Part shown: positions 21,459 through 32,336 of the stretch, one piece after another | Layout: each line of letters starts with the position of its first letter | How positions within the stretch are numbered: position 1 is the first letter of the stretch | Assembly (NCBI GenBank): GCA_963825055.1 | Contig: CAWGSK010000004.1 | Coordinates: 1 to 64,000 of the forward strand | Direction: 5' to 3' | Source: an uncultured Gemmatimonadales bacterium | GTDB lineage: Bacteria > Gemmatimonadota > Gemmatimonadetes > Gemmatimonadales > GWC2-71-9 | DNA: 64,000 nucleotides | Notes under the pieces: generated by a model | What the model saw: the letters and a program-made list of their open reading frames with translations, nothing else | Databases searched by the model: none | Told to the model about the DNA's origin: nothing | Made by a program: the position numbers and the translations under genes

Positions 21459-22747
21459 TCCTCGCACTGGTGGCGCTGCTGCAGGTGGCGGCGCCGGATA
21501 CCACCGTGCGCGACATGCCGCGCGTGACGCTCACGGAAGCGCTCGAGCGCGCCACCCGGCTCGACCCGTCCTATGTGTCCGCACTGGGCCAGGTGGATAA
21601 CGCGGAGTGGGGCCGCCGGGCGGCGTTCCTCGCGTTCGTGCTGCCCTCGATCAACGCCAGCGCGAGCTACACCAGGAGTTCCTCGCCGAGCTTCAATTTC
21701 GGCACCAACCAGCCCGCGAGCACCATCGTGATCGCACAGCTCGATGCGCGCTATGAGTTGTTCGCCGGTGGCCGGAAGTTCTTCGAGCTCTCCCGTGCCC
21801 GTGCGCAGCTGGAGGGGGCCGAAGCCAGCGAGCTCCAGGCGAGGCTCCTTTCGGCGCTCGACACGGAGCAGGCCTACTACGCCGTCCTGTCCAACGCCGA
21901 ACTGCTCGACGTGGCACGCGCCCGGGTGGAGCGGGCGACCGAACAGCTCAAGATCTCCCGGGCACGGGTGGTCTCCGGCGCAGCGGTGCAGAGCGACTCG
22001 CTCCAGCTCGCGCTTGAGCTCACGCGAGCCAGGACCGACCTGCTTCGGCAGGAGACGGCCACGCGCGTGGCTCGGCTCACGCTCGGCGCCCGGATCGGGC
22101 TCAGCGGACCGGCCGATGCCGAGCCGCTGGGTGGAGCGGATGCGCCCGAGCTGCCGCTCGACCTGGCGCGCGCCGTGGACGAGGCCTTGAACCAGGGGCC
22201 GCAATACCGGGTGGCCAGGGCGAACGAGCGGGAGGCGGCGGCCACGCTCAAGACGCGCTGGAGCGCGTACCTGCCGACCATCGCCGTCACCGCGAGCACG
22301 GCGGCCTTCGACGACAAGTTCTTCCCGTCAGCGACCCGGCGCTCGCAGGTCGCGCTCACGGCCTCGCTTCCGATCTGGAACAACGGGCAGCGGGAGATTG
22401 CCCTGACACAGGCCCGGGTGAATCGGGACGTGGCCCGTGCGATCCGCTCGGACCTGGAACGCGGGGCGATACGGGACGTGACCGCCGCCTATGACGGGTA
22501 CACCACCGCGCGATCGGCGACCGAGCTGGCCCAGACCGGCGTCGCGGTGGCACGGGAGAATTTCCGGGTGCAGGACGCCCGTTACCGGGCCGGTGCCAGC
22601 ACCATCCTCGACCTGCTCGAGGCTCAGTTCAATCTGACGCAGGCCGAGGCCGACCTGGTGCAGGCGCGGTTTGCGGCACGGCTCTCACTCGCGGGCCTCG
22701 AGGCACTGATCGGCCGGCGACTCTTTCCGGGGAAGGACAATTTGTGA
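21455..22747 (+). CDS. TolC family outer membrane efflux protein
   Basis: Two OEP repeats; RYRAGASTILDLLEAQ; overlaps the permease stop. Confidence 0.9.
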   Translation: MILALVALLQVAAPDTTVRDMPRVTLTEALERATRLDPSYVSALGQVDNAEWGRRAAFLAFVLPSINASASYTRSSSPSFNFGTNQPASTIVIAQLDARYELFAGGRKFFELSRARAQLEGAEASELQARLLSALDTEQAYYAVLSNAELLDVARARVERATEQLKISRARVVSGAAVQSDSLQLALELTRARTDLLRQETATRVARLTLGARIGLSGPADAEPLGGADAPELPLDLARAVDEALNQGPQYRVARANEREAAATLKTRWSAYLPTIAVTASTAAFDDKFFPSATRRSQVALTASLPIWNNGQREIALTQARVNRDVARAIRSDLERGAIRDVTAAYDGYTTARSATELAQTGVAVARENFRVQDARYRAGASTILDLLEAQFNLTQAEADLVQARFAARLSLAGLEALIGRRLFPGKDNL

Positions 22748-23871
22748 GACATACGGGCATGCTCGTGCTCGCGGCGCTCGGGGTGGCCGCCTGCAAGGAT
22801 GGGGAAAAGACTGACAGCGCCGGCGCGAACGGCGGTGGAATGCCGCCGATGCCGGCCGAAGTGGCCACAGCGCGGCAGGACACCGTGGTGGACGCCATCT
22901 CCGCCACAGGGGAAATCGAGGCGGTACAGTCGATCAAGCTCCGGCCCGAGGTGGACGGCAGGATCGTGTCCATCATGGTTCGTGAGGGCCAGCGGGTCGG
23001 TGCCGGCACGCCGCTCTTCAAGGTGGATGACGCCGAGTTGAAGGCACAGGTCGCGCGCCTCGAGGCCCAGAAGGATCTGGCCAACCAGGCGCTGGAACGG
23101 ACAAAGGGCCTGCTGGAGCAGAACGCCGCGTCGACGTCGGATCTGGAGCGCGCGGAAGCGACGGCCCGGAGCAACGCCGCCGACCTGGCGCTCTTCAAGG
23201 TCCGGCTCGAGCGGACCACGGTGCGGGCGCCCTTCGCGGGCGTTGCCGGGGAGCGCTCGGTGAGCCTGGGCGACTACGTCACCACCAGCACGCCGCTCGT
23301 GTCGCTCCAGACGGTCAACCCGATCCGGGCGACCTTCCAGGTGCCCGAGCGATACGCGCGGGACGTGGCCAACGGACAGCAGGTGCGATTCCGGGTGGCG
23401 GCACTGCCCGGGCAGGAGTTCACCGGCACGGTGGACTTCGTGGACCCCGTTGTGCAACTGCCGGGGCGGACCATCCTGGTGAAGGCCCGCGTGGCGAACC
23501 CGAACGGGCGCCTGCAATCGGGGATGTTCATCGAAGCCCGGCTGGCCACGGAGATTCGGCCCAACGCGGTGATCGTGCCTGAGGAGGCCATCGTGCCGCT
23601 CCAGAGCGTCAACTATGTCTGGGTCGTCACGCCGGACCAGAAGGCTGCCCGCCGGGAAGTGGTCCTGGGCGTCCGGACGCCGGGGTTCGTGGAAATCCGG
23701 AGCGGAGTCGAGGTCGGGGAACAGGTGGTCACTGGCGGCCAGGCGCGACTGCAGCCCGGCGCCCCCGTTCAGCCGATCCCGGTCGACCGGGCGCCGCAGG
23801 GTGGGGGAGAAGTGCCGGATTCGGCCGGCGCAGCGCCAGCCCCGGCTCCTGCTGATTCGACGGGTGCCTGA
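22744..23871 (+). CDS. RND efflux periplasmic adaptor (MFP) lipoprotein
   Basis: Lipobox VAAC; VREGQRV, VRAPFAG, LQSGMF. Confidence 0.92.
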   Translation: MRHTGMLVLAALGVAACKDGEKTDSAGANGGGMPPMPAEVATARQDTVVDAISATGEIEAVQSIKLRPEVDGRIVSIMVREGQRVGAGTPLFKVDDAELKAQVARLEAQKDLANQALERTKGLLEQNAASTSDLERAEATARSNAADLALFKVRLERTTVRAPFAGVAGERSVSLGDYVTTSTPLVSLQTVNPIRATFQVPERYARDVANGQQVRFRVAALPGQEFTGTVDFVDPVVQLPGRTILVKARVANPNGRLQSGMFIEARLATEIRPNAVIVPEEAIVPLQSVNYVWVVTPDQKAARREVVLGVRTPGFVEIRSGVEVGEQVVTGGQARLQPGAPVQPIPVDRAPQGGGEVPDSAGAAPAPAPADSTGA

Positions 23872-24203
23872 TGTTCCGCGACGCGGCTCCCCGGCTCCAG
23901 CGCATGCTCGCCTCGTACCTCGACGGCGGTCGCAACCTGGTCGAGTTCCAGCGCGAATTCCTCGAGTATTACGTCCGGCTGCCTGCCGGCGCACTCGCGC
24001 CCGGGGACGCTTCCTTCTGGCATGAGGCGTTCGGACTGGTGACGCGTGCAGCGTCGGAACCCGCTGACGGCGCCCTTGGCGATGCCGAACTCAAGGAGGG
24101 CCTGGGGGGGTTGTGGAGGGGGAGGCAAAGCCGGGTGTCGGGCATCGGGCATCGGGCATCGGGCATCGGGGGCCGGGAGCCGGGAGCCGGGAGTAGGGGG
24201 TAG
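23871..24203 (+). CDS. small hypothetical protein, weak resemblance to colicin D immunity-like fold
   Basis: TGATG coupling to the MFP gene; YLDG...EFQREFLEYY...GDAELKE; C-terminus runs into heptamer repeats. Confidence 0.5.
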   Translation: MFRDAAPRLQRMLASYLDGGRNLVEFQREFLEYYVRLPAGALAPGDASFWHEAFGLVTRAASEPADGALGDAELKEGLGGLWRGRQSRVSGIGHRASGIGGREPGAGSRG

Positions 24204-24465
24204 GCAGTAGGGAGTCGGCAGTCGGCAGTCGGCAATCGGCAATCGGCAGTCGGCAGTCGGCAGTCGAAGGAAACCGTGTCATCCCGAGCGTTCAGCGAGG
24301 GATCTTCCGGCCCGGGATCGAGCGTCTTTGCAAGCAAAGCGGAGTTCGATTGCCTGCTGACAAGATCTCTCGGACCTCCGAAGCCACGTCTGCTTATCTT
24401 CTGCCGATACCCGATACCCGATACCCGATACCCGATACCCGATACCCGATACCCCCGATACCCGG
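24137..24465. repeat. composite heptamer arrays flanking a REP-like palindrome
   Basis: (TCGGGCA)n, (CCGGGAG)n, (TCGGCAR)n, then GTGTCATCCCGAGCG-TTCAG-CGAGGGATCT at 24276-24305, then about 8 x CCGATAC. Confidence 0.85.
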
Positions 24466-24474
24466 GAGCCCCCC

Positions 24475-26370
24475 ATGCTCGCCGCCACACTCGCCCTCAC
24501 CCTGGCACTGCAGGCCGGAGCGCAGGTTGAAGCGCCGGTCCTTCCCCACGATCCGGAGATTCAGGCCGGGACGACAATGCAGCTCAGCTTCCAGGGCGCC
24601 CGGGGTGATACGGCCGCGCTGCGGTGGTTCTCCTCGAACCCCCGGGTTGCCACGGTGGACTCCGCCGGGACCGTTGCGGCGGTCCGCCCGGGCACGGCGA
24701 CGATCATCGCCCGGAAGGGCTCGTCTTACGGACGATCCCAGGTCACGGTTCCCCAGCTGCCTCCCGCCACGCTCAGCCTGCATGCCGCCGAGGGCGACCT
24801 TCCCGCCGGCACGAGCCGGGTGGTGGGCGTCAGGGTCATGAGTCGACTGGATGACCCGCTCGAGGCCCCGGTGACCTGGACCAGCACTGCGCCGGAGGTC
24901 GCCACGGTGGACGGCATGGGGCGCGTCTGGGCCCGGAAGGCCGGCACCGCCACCATCCACGCGCAATCGGGTGCGGCTGAAGGCAGCGTTCGCGTCAGGG
25001 TTACCGCGAATCCCGCGACCGCGTGGAGCGTTGCGCCGGGCGACACGGCGGTGCGGACCGGGGATGTTGTCCGGCTTTCCGTCCGCGGCCGAGCGAGGAA
25101 CGGCACGACGGTGACGGGGTTTGAACCCGCCTGGAGCGTGTCGGGCGAAGGAGCGTCGGTCGAGCGGGAGGGCGCTCTGGGTGTCTTCGTCGCCGAGCGG
25201 CCGGGGACGTACCGGGTGACGGGTCAGGTGGGGGAATCGACCGTCGCGACCTCCACCATCCATGTGCGGGAACGCTCGGTGCCAGGGCACCTGGTGACGG
25301 TGGGGCGGGGGGCGGCCGCCGAGCACCATTCGGCCGACATGTGGGCATGGGCCGGGGTGGATGGCCGGGACTATGCGATGATCGGGACCTACGCCTATGA
25401 CTGGCTCAAGGTCTGGGACGTGACCGATCCATCGCATCCGGTGATCACGGACTCGGTCCAGCTCGATGCCCGCAGAATCAACGACGTCAAGATCCATCCC
25501 AATGGGCGACTCGCCGTCGTCACCCGCGAAGGAGCCTCCAACCGGAAGAACGGCATCGTCATTCTGGACCTCTCCAGGCCGGCGCATCCAACCATTCTCT
25601 CCGAGTACACCGAAACGGTGAGCGGGGGAGTGCACAACGTCTGGATCCGGGGGGACGAGAACCTCGTCTACGCCTGCCACAACGGTACTTCGGACGTGCA
25701 CATCATCGACATCGCCGACCCGGCGCACCCGCGTGAGGTGGGGCGCTGGGGCCTGGACCAGCAGGGGAAGGTGCTGCACGACGTGATCGTGCAGGACGGG
25801 TACGCATACCTCTCGTACTGGACCGACGGCGTCATCATGCTGGACGTCGGGGCGGGGACGCATGGCGGCACGCCAACGAAGCCGACCCTGGTGAGCCAGT
25901 ACCGGTACCCCGTGCCGAGCAACACCCACACCGCATGGCGCTACAACCAGTATCTCTTCGTGGGCGACGAGGTCTTTCCGTCCGACTGGAACGGGAATGC
26001 CACCCGGCGGATCGACGCGCGGGGCTATATCCACGTGCTCGACTATTCCGATCCGGAGCACCCGCGTGAGGTGGCGAAGTACGAGGTACCGGAAGCCGGG
26101 GCGCACAATGTCTGGGTCGAGGATGACATCCTCTACGCCGGCTACTACCAGGCCGGCCTGCGCGCGGTGGACGTCTCCGGTGAGCTCCGCGGCGATCTCT
26201 ACCGGCAGGGCCGGGAGATCTCCGCGCTGATCACGACCGACTCGCTGTCGACCGTGCCCTACTGGCCGATGGCATTCGGCGCGCAGGTATTCAAGGGCAA
26301 CATCTACCTGGGCGACCTCAACTCCGGCCTCTGGATCGCGAAGCTGGAGCGGCCCGCCCCCACGCCCTAG
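24475..26370 (+). CDS. secreted Ig-like (Big_2) plus LVIVD-repeat protein
   Basis: WFSSNPRVATVDSAGTV and WTSTAPEVATVDG Big_2 domains; VHIIDIADPAHPREVG-type repeats. Confidence 0.85.
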   Translation: MLAATLALTLALQAGAQVEAPVLPHDPEIQAGTTMQLSFQGARGDTAALRWFSSNPRVATVDSAGTVAAVRPGTATIIARKGSSYGRSQVTVPQLPPATLSLHAAEGDLPAGTSRVVGVRVMSRLDDPLEAPVTWTSTAPEVATVDGMGRVWARKAGTATIHAQSGAAEGSVRVRVTANPATAWSVAPGDTAVRTGDVVRLSVRGRARNGTTVTGFEPAWSVSGEGASVEREGALGVFVAERPGTYRVTGQVGESTVATSTIHVRERSVPGHLVTVGRGAAAEHHSADMWAWAGVDGRDYAMIGTYAYDWLKVWDVTDPSHPVITDSVQLDARRINDVKIHPNGRLAVVTREGASNRKNGIVILDLSRPAHPTILSEYTETVSGGVHNVWIRGDENLVYACHNGTSDVHIIDIADPAHPREVGRWGLDQQGKVLHDVIVQDGYAYLSYWTDGVIMLDVGAGTHGGTPTKPTLVSQYRYPVPSNTHTAWRYNQYLFVGDEVFPSDWNGNATRRIDARGYIHVLDYSDPEHPREVAKYEVPEAGAHNVWVEDDILYAGYYQAGLRAVDVSGELRGDLYRQGREISALITTDSLSTVPYWPMAFGAQVFKGNIYLGDLNSGLWIAKLERPAPTP

Positions 26371-26483
26371 AATGTGACCGCGCGCACCGCGCGCCAGGTC
26401 TCCATGAGGCACTATGTAAGGAAAGCGGCGTCGCCAGAATGGGACGCCGTTTCCGATGATGGATTCTGACTCAAGGAGGACAT

Positions 26484-26912
26484 ATGGCACGCACCTGCAA
26501 GGATATCATGACCCCGGACGTCACCTGCTGTTCGCCGGGTGACACGGTCGAAGCCGCTGCCCGACTCATGGAAAGCGAAGACGTCGGCTCCATTCCCGTG
26601 GTTCAGGGCCAGAACGACAAGACACTGCTTGGCATCGTGACCGACCGGGACATTGCGCTCCACGTGGCGGCGCGTGGACGGGACGCAAAGTCGACTCCGG
26701 TCGAAGACGTGATGACCCCCCAGCCGGTGAGCTGCAAGCCGGACGACAGTATCGATCTCGCGATCGAACGGATGTCGCAGCGGCAGGTCCGGCGGATTCC
26801 CGTGGTCCAGGATGGAAAGATTTGCGGTATCATCGCGCAGGCCGACATCGCAATCCGGTTGAGCCAGGAGGAGGAGACGGGCGAGATGGTGGAAGAGATC
26901 TCGAAGGCCTGA
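26484..26912 (+). CDS. CBS domain protein
   Basis: LGIVTDRDI, VRRIPVV, GIIAQADI; AAGGAGG RBS. Confidence 0.93.
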   Translation: MARTCKDIMTPDVTCCSPGDTVEAAARLMESEDVGSIPVVQGQNDKTLLGIVTDRDIALHVAARGRDAKSTPVEDVMTPQPVSCKPDDSIDLAIERMSQRQVRRIPVVQDGKICGIIAQADIAIRLSQEEETGEMVEEISKA

Positions 26913-26940
26913 CCTGCGCCCGGGTGTGGCTGGGATCGAC

Positions 26941-27064
26941 AACAGCCTTACCACAGAGGACACAGAGAACACAAAGGAATCGTATCAGCCTAGATTCCTG
27001 AGGCGCTCAAGGCACCTGCCGGTGCTGAGCGCCTTCTTTGTGTCCGTTGTGCTCTTTGTGGTAA
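26941..27064. repeat. nonamer-arm inverted repeat element (ACCACAGAG family)
   Basis: TTACCACAGAGGACACAGAGAACACAAAG ... CTTTGTGTCCGTTGTGCTCTTTGTGGTAA with an internal hairpin. Confidence 0.7.
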
Positions 27065-27084
27065 AAACGGAGTCCTATACTGAT

Positions 27085-28998
27085 ATGCGACCCACCATCC
27101 TGAAGCAGGCCCCCTGGTTGTTGCTGCTGCTCCTGGCGCCGGCGCTCGAAGCGCAGGGGGTTGTGGGACGGTGGACCGTGCAGCTGGAAGAGCCGTCGCT
27201 TTCCTGGCGGGGAGAGTTGCGTTTGCGGGCGGGGGCCGGGGGAACACCGGGGTCCGGACAGATCCTGCTTGACGCCGCGGACACGACCTGGCTGCCCCTG
27301 GCGGACCTGCAGTATGCCGAAGGCCTGCTCTCGTTTACGGTGCCCGGCGAAGGCGGGATGCGGTTCGTGGGTGTGGTAACCGGCGACGATATCGCCGGCG
27401 AAGCCCGCTCGACCGCGCTCACCTTCAGCTGGCGGTCCTTCCGCCTGGACGCGGACCAGGAGTATTACGCCGCCTTCCCCCGCTTTCTCCAGCGGCAGAT
27501 CCGCGCGGGCTCGTCCCGACAGGAAGTCCGGGTTCCCGGCCCATGGGCGGCCGCGGCATCGGCGACTCCCGATCCGGACGCGGAGTATGCGGCGGCGCTC
27601 AAGGCGACGGGGCTCACACCCATTCCCCGGCACGAACTGGCCTCGCTTGGTGTACTGCGCGCGATGGGTGTGTACCATCGGGATGAGCTGCGGAAGGCCG
27701 CCATCGAGACCCTCACCGCGGTGCGGTCGGGCCTGACGAGCGACTCCGCCCGCGCCCGGTTCGACTTTCTGTTCCGGCCGCACGGCGAGTGGCTGGTGGA
27801 TATCCACGACATCGCCCGCGACCGTGCGACCACGAAGTTCCATGACGTGAGCTGGGACGCCGCCCGCCCCGCCCTCCGAACGGCTGGCGTGGTGCAGGAT
27901 GACCAGGCCGATGTGGCCGCCGTGCCGCTCGCTCTGTACCGGTTGTGGATCCGGCTTCATCAGGACTCTGCCCAGGGCGGATGGCAGGGAGATCCCAGGA
28001 TGGCCGAGGATCCCGTTTCGGCGCGGGCCGTGAAGATCCTCCTGGACGGCTATGACGAGGCGGCCGAGTGGTATCCCATGGCGATGGCCTTCCTGCTTCG
28101 CGAGCCGTGGGTCGGCGGGCGGCAGTCGATTGCGGGACTGGTGCAGGCGCGCTGGCCCGGGGCCGGAACGCCGCCGTCCCTCGACGTCCGGTACTGGGGG
28201 TACCCGGAAGGCGCGTCGCGCCTCGGCGTGAGTGACGCGACAGCCCGGCTGGTCGTCCGGCCAGAGAACGAGGACGCGCGGCGATGGCTGGCCCGTCGCG
28301 GCTGGTCGGCACTGCTCGTGGTACTGCATGCCATCCCGTTCAACTTCGGGCCGGCCACCACGGTGGAGAGTTCGGCGGGACCGGTTCGCCTCGGGTCCGT
28401 CGGACGCTACGCCGCCGAATCGTTCAATGGCTTCCTGGAGCCGGCCGACCGGATCGATCTCGACCCGAGCTATGTCCCCGTGCTGGCCCTGGCGTCCGTC
28501 GTGCACGAGTGGCAGCACCTGGTGGCAGAACACGTGCGCCGCAACCTGCCCGGCGGCCGGTCGTCCGTCCGGGAAGAGGGAGACGAGGTGGTGATCACGC
28601 CCCCGGATCCGTTCGTGGCCGAGGGGCTGGCCGAGTGGCGTACGATGACGATCCTCGGCTCCCTCGCGAAGCGGCTCCCCCTCCTGACGTTCGGGGAAAT
28701 CGAGAAGCGGGCGTCGCTCGGCCAGGACGATCCGCACGTGCTGGGCTACCGGATGGCGCAGGCGCTGGCGGACGCGGTTGGGGCGGTGGCGGCGGACAGC
28801 ATGCTGATCCTCCAGGGCGATGATCCGGGCAGCATCGCGTCAACCGCGCCCGTATCCACCGTGTGGGCGGCACACGCCTCGCGTCCTGACCGGGTCTTTC
28901 CTTACCGCGGTGGCGTGACGCTCATTCCCGAGACCAGGTTTCGCGTGGAAGACGGGCATCCAGAGGTGATTGAAAGTCGAGTGAGAAGTAAGAAGTGA
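27085..28998 (+). CDS. secreted protein with gluzincin-like metallopeptidase motif
   Basis: Signal peptide; VVHEWQH...FVAEGLAEW. Confidence 0.6.
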   Translation: MRPTILKQAPWLLLLLLAPALEAQGVVGRWTVQLEEPSLSWRGELRLRAGAGGTPGSGQILLDAADTTWLPLADLQYAEGLLSFTVPGEGGMRFVGVVTGDDIAGEARSTALTFSWRSFRLDADQEYYAAFPRFLQRQIRAGSSRQEVRVPGPWAAAASATPDPDAEYAAALKATGLTPIPRHELASLGVLRAMGVYHRDELRKAAIETLTAVRSGLTSDSARARFDFLFRPHGEWLVDIHDIARDRATTKFHDVSWDAARPALRTAGVVQDDQADVAAVPLALYRLWIRLHQDSAQGGWQGDPRMAEDPVSARAVKILLDGYDEAAEWYPMAMAFLLREPWVGGRQSIAGLVQARWPGAGTPPSLDVRYWGYPEGASRLGVSDATARLVVRPENEDARRWLARRGWSALLVVLHAIPFNFGPATTVESSAGPVRLGSVGRYAAESFNGFLEPADRIDLDPSYVPVLALASVVHEWQHLVAEHVRRNLPGGRSSVREEGDEVVITPPDPFVAEGLAEWRTMTILGSLAKRLPLLTFGEIEKRASLGQDDPHVLGYRMAQALADAVGAVAADSMLILQGDDPGSIASTAPVSTVWAAHASRPDRVFPYRGGVTLIPETRFRVEDGHPEVIESRVRSKK

Positions 28999-29081
28999 GA
29001 AGGGACCGCAGGCCAGGGCCTGCCCCTTCGTACTTCCCACCTCTTCCATCTTACGTTTCGCTGTTATCTATATTGCGGTCC

Positions 29082-30686
29082 ATGCGCACACCATCACTCC
29101 TGCTCCTCTCCCTGCTGATCGCCGCACCGCTGGCCGCGCAGTCTACGCGCGCCGAGCGGACCAATGCCGGGGAGACGTCGAGCTTCGCCGACGTGGTCTC
29201 GTTCCTCGATTCCCTCCAGCATCGTACGCCCGACATCCGGCGGTGGACCCTCACGGTGAGCCCGGAAGGCAAGGCGGTTCCGGTGGTGCTCGCGGCCCGG
29301 CCGATGGTCTGGTCGCCCGAAGAGGCGCACCGCAGCGGCAAGCCGCTGGTCTATGTCCAGGCGAACATCCACGCCGGGGAGGTGGAGGGAAAGGAAGCGG
29401 CCCAGATGCTGCTCCGGGACCTCACCGTGGGGCCGCTCAGGGCGCTGCTGGACAGCGTCAACGTCCTGGTGGTGCCGATCTACAACGCGGATGGCAATGA
29501 TCGGTTCGGACCTGCGGACCAGAACCGGCCGGGACAGAATGGTCCCGCCGTCGTCGGTCTCCGCCCGAACGGCCAGGGGTACGACCTGAACCGTGACTAC
29601 GTCAAGATGGAGGCGCCGGAGACCCGCGGCTCCGTGGCGCTGATGGACGAGTGGGGGCCGGACGTCTTCGTGGACCTGCACACCACGAACGGCAGTTACC
29701 ATGGCTACGTCCTGACCTATTCGCCGGGGCTCAACCCCAACTCTCCGCCGGCCAACGACTATACCCGGGACGTTTTCCTGCCGGAGATCCGCCAGCGGAT
29801 GCGGACCCGGCACAGGCAGGAGACCTTCTGGTACGGCAATTTCGACAACCAGGACCCGGACTCGATCGCTGCGGGCGGGTGGCGGACCTATGAGCCCGGC
29901 CCGCGGTTCGGCACCAACGCGATGGGCCTCCGTGGCCGCATCTCCATCCTGAGCGAGGCATACAGCAACGCGCCGTTCCAGGAGCGGATCGATGCCAGCT
30001 ACAACTTCGTCCGCGAGATCCTGAGCCTGGCGGCCGAGCGTCGGGATGCCATTCACCGGGTGATCGACGCCTCGGCCAGAACCACGGCCGACTCCGTGGC
30101 GGTACGCTCGACCTATGGCGCCCCCACCATGCAGGACGTCATCGCCGAGACCACGTATCCGGACGAGGACGGCAACGGCCCGTTCGCGCGCCGGAAGCGG
30201 ACGGGCAAGTTCCGTACGCTGAAGATGCCGGTGTACGACCGATTCGTTCCCGAGCGGAAGGTCGCGATGCCCGCCGCGTACCTGATTCCGCCGTACGAGC
30301 AGGAGACGGTGCAGTTGCTTCTGCGGCAGGGTGTGGTAGTGGATCGCCTCGAAGAGCCGTGGAAGGGCAACGTCCAGACCTTCGCCGCGGACAGCATTCG
30401 CGCCGCCGGCCGGCCGTTCCAGGGCCATCGGATGGTGTCGGTGGAGGGTGCATGGGCTGCCATGGACACGAGCGGCACCGCCGGCTGGTACTACGTCCCT
30501 ACCAGCCAGCGGCTGGGCCTCTTCGCCGCCTTCATCCTCGAACCATCGAGCGAGGACGGCGTCGTCACGTGGGGGATGTACGACCGCTCACTGCAGCGGG
30601 GGGCCCGTTTCCCGATTCTCCGCACCTTGACGCCGATGCGGCTTGACCGCCGGCAGGTGCACCTCGACGAACTTCCCACCTGGTGA
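29082..30686 (+). CDS. M14 family zinc carboxypeptidase
   Basis: [27 protein letters not shown]; signal peptide. Confidence 0.9.
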   Translation: MRTPSLLLLSLLIAAPLAAQSTRAERTNAGETSSFADVVSFLDSLQHRTPDIRRWTLTVSPEGKAVPVVLAARPMVWSPEEAHRSGKPLVYVQANIHAGEVEGKEAAQMLLRDLTVGPLRALLDSVNVLVVPIYNADGNDRFGPADQNRPGQNGPAVVGLRPNGQGYDLNRDYVKMEAPETRGSVALMDEWGPDVFVDLHTTNGSYHGYVLTYSPGLNPNSPPANDYTRDVFLPEIRQRMRTRHRQETFWYGNFDNQDPDSIAAGGWRTYEPGPRFGTNAMGLRGRISILSEAYSNAPFQERIDASYNFVREILSLAAERRDAIHRVIDASARTTADSVAVRSTYGAPTMQDVIAETTYPDEDGNGPFARRKRTGKFRTLKMPVYDRFVPERKVAMPAAYLIPPYEQETVQLLLRQGVVVDRLEEPWKGNVQTFAADSIRAAGRPFQGHRMVSVEGAWAAMDTSGTAGWYYVPTSQRLGLFAAFILEPSSEDGVVTWGMYDRSLQRGARFPILRTLTPMRLDRRQVHLDELPTW

Positions 30687-30693
30687 GCTGACC

Positions 30694-31158
30694 ATGCCCG
30701 ATGTTGGTGACCGTGCTCCAGCCTTCTCCCTTCCCTCCGACGCCGATGGAACGGTGACCCTCAAACAGTTCAAGGGCCATCCGGTAGTGCTGTACTTCTA
30801 CCCGAAGGACGACACCAGCGGCTGCACCACCCAGGCCTGTGGCTTCCGTGACTCCTGGGACGACGTGACAGCCCGCGGGGCCACGGTGCTGGGCGTCTCG
30901 CCAGATCCTGTTAAATCGCACGACAAGTTCCGGAACAAGTACGACCTGCCCTTCCCGCTCCTGGCCGACACCGAACACGAGGTCGCCCTGGCCTATGGGG
31001 CGTGGGGCGAGAAGTCGATGTATGGGCGGAAGTACATGGGGATCCATCGCACCACGTTCATCATCGACGGCGACGGGAAGATCGCGAAGGTGTTCCGGAA
31101 GGTGAAGCCGAAAGGACATGCGGCAGAGGTGCTGGAGGCGCTGGACGAACTGCAGTGA
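30694..31158 (+). CDS. bcp: thioredoxin-dependent peroxiredoxin BCP/PrxQ
   Basis: [17 protein letters not shown]. Confidence 0.93.
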   Translation: MPDVGDRAPAFSLPSDADGTVTLKQFKGHPVVLYFYPKDDTSGCTTQACGFRDSWDDVTARGATVLGVSPDPVKSHDKFRNKYDLPFPLLADTEHEVALAYGAWGEKSMYGRKYMGIHRTTFIIDGDGKIAKVFRKVKPKGHAAEVLEALDELQ

Positions 31159-31253
31159 CCGGTGAGGAGAACACGTGGATGAGGGCCCAGGGCCCGACGG
31201 GGTCCGTATTTCTACGGACCCCTTTCCTTTTAGGGTCTGGCTACATTCTTCCC

Positions 31254-32336
31254 ATGCCAAAATCTCCCCTTATCCGTCTCCTGGCCCTGGCCGGTGCCGC
31301 CGGGCTCGCGGCCTGCTCCGGTTCCTCCGCCGATGCCGAGGCCCAGACCTCTCCCGCCGTGGCCATCCAGCCCGAAGCGGGCGAGACGCACCTGACGAAC
31401 ATCCGACAGATCACCTTCGGCGGGAACAACGCCGAAGCCTACTTTTCGAACTCCGGGAAGCAACTGATCTTCCAGCGGCAGGACAGCGTCTCCACCGGCT
31501 GCGACCAGGAATACGTCATGAACATCGACGGCTCCGGGATGCAGCGAGTGTCAAACGGGAAGGGCCGGACGACCTGCGGCTACTTCTACGACAACGACCA
31601 GCGGATCCTCTACAGCTCGACATTCGAGCACGATCCAGCCTGTCCGGCCCGGCCCGATTTCTCCAGGGGCTACGTCTGGCCGCTGGGGCATTTCGAGATC
31701 TACTCTGCGAAGACGGACGGCAGCGACCTGAAGCAGCTCACGAACAACGGCGAGTACAACGCAGAGTCGACGGTGTCGCCCGACGGGAAGCGGATCATTT
31801 TCACCAGCACCCGTGATGGTGACATCGACATCTACTCGATGAAGACGGATGGCACCGACGTCCAGCGGATCACGAATCGCGTCGGGTATGATGGTGGGGC
31901 CTTCTACTCGCCGGATGGCTCCATGATCGTCTGGCGCGCCGGCTACCCGGAGACGACGGCAGACACTGCGGACTACAAGGCGCTTCTCGCCGAGCGACTC
32001 GTCCGGCCGAGTCACATGGAGGTGTGGGTCGCCAACGCGGACGGCTCCAACCCGCGCCAGGTGACCAACCTGGGCGGGGCCAACTTCGCGCCGTACTTCA
32101 CGCCTGATGGCAAGAAGATCATCTTCGCCAGCAACCACACGAACCCGCGTGGTCGGAACTTCGATCTCTACCTGGTCAACGTGGATGGCACCGGACTGAC
32201 CAAGGTGACGACGTCAGAGGAATTCGATGCCTTCCCGATGTTCAGCCCCGACGGGAAGAAGCTTGTCTGGGCCTCGAACCGTCATGAGCAGGAAGTGGGT
32301 GAGACGAATCTGTTTATGGCGGACTGGAAGGAGTAG
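31254..32336 (+). CDS. TolB-like PD40 beta-propeller lipoprotein
   Basis: Lipobox LAAC; repeated SPDG motifs; NAEAYFS. Confidence 0.88.
   Translation: MPKSPLIRLLALAGAAGLAACSGSSADAEAQTSPAVAIQPEAGETHLTNIRQITFGGNNAEAYFSNSGKQLIFQRQDSVSTGCDQEYVMNIDGSGMQRVSNGKGRTTCGYFYDNDQRILYSSTFEHDPACPARPDFSRGYVWPLGHFEIYSAKTDGSDLKQLTNNGEYNAESTVSPDGKRIIFTSTRDGDIDIYSMKTDGTDVQRITNRVGYDGGAFYSPDGSMIVWRAGYPETTADTADYKALLAERLVRPSHMEVWVANADGSNPRQVTNLGGANFAPYFTPDGKKIIFASNHTNPRGRNFDLYLVNVDGTGLTKVTTSEEFDAFPMFSPDGKKLVWASNRHEQEVGETNLFMADWKE

Noticed and set aside
23769..24841. ORFs with ADCRLPT or YRVSGIG repeats
   Set aside because: They are translations of heptamer DNA repeats
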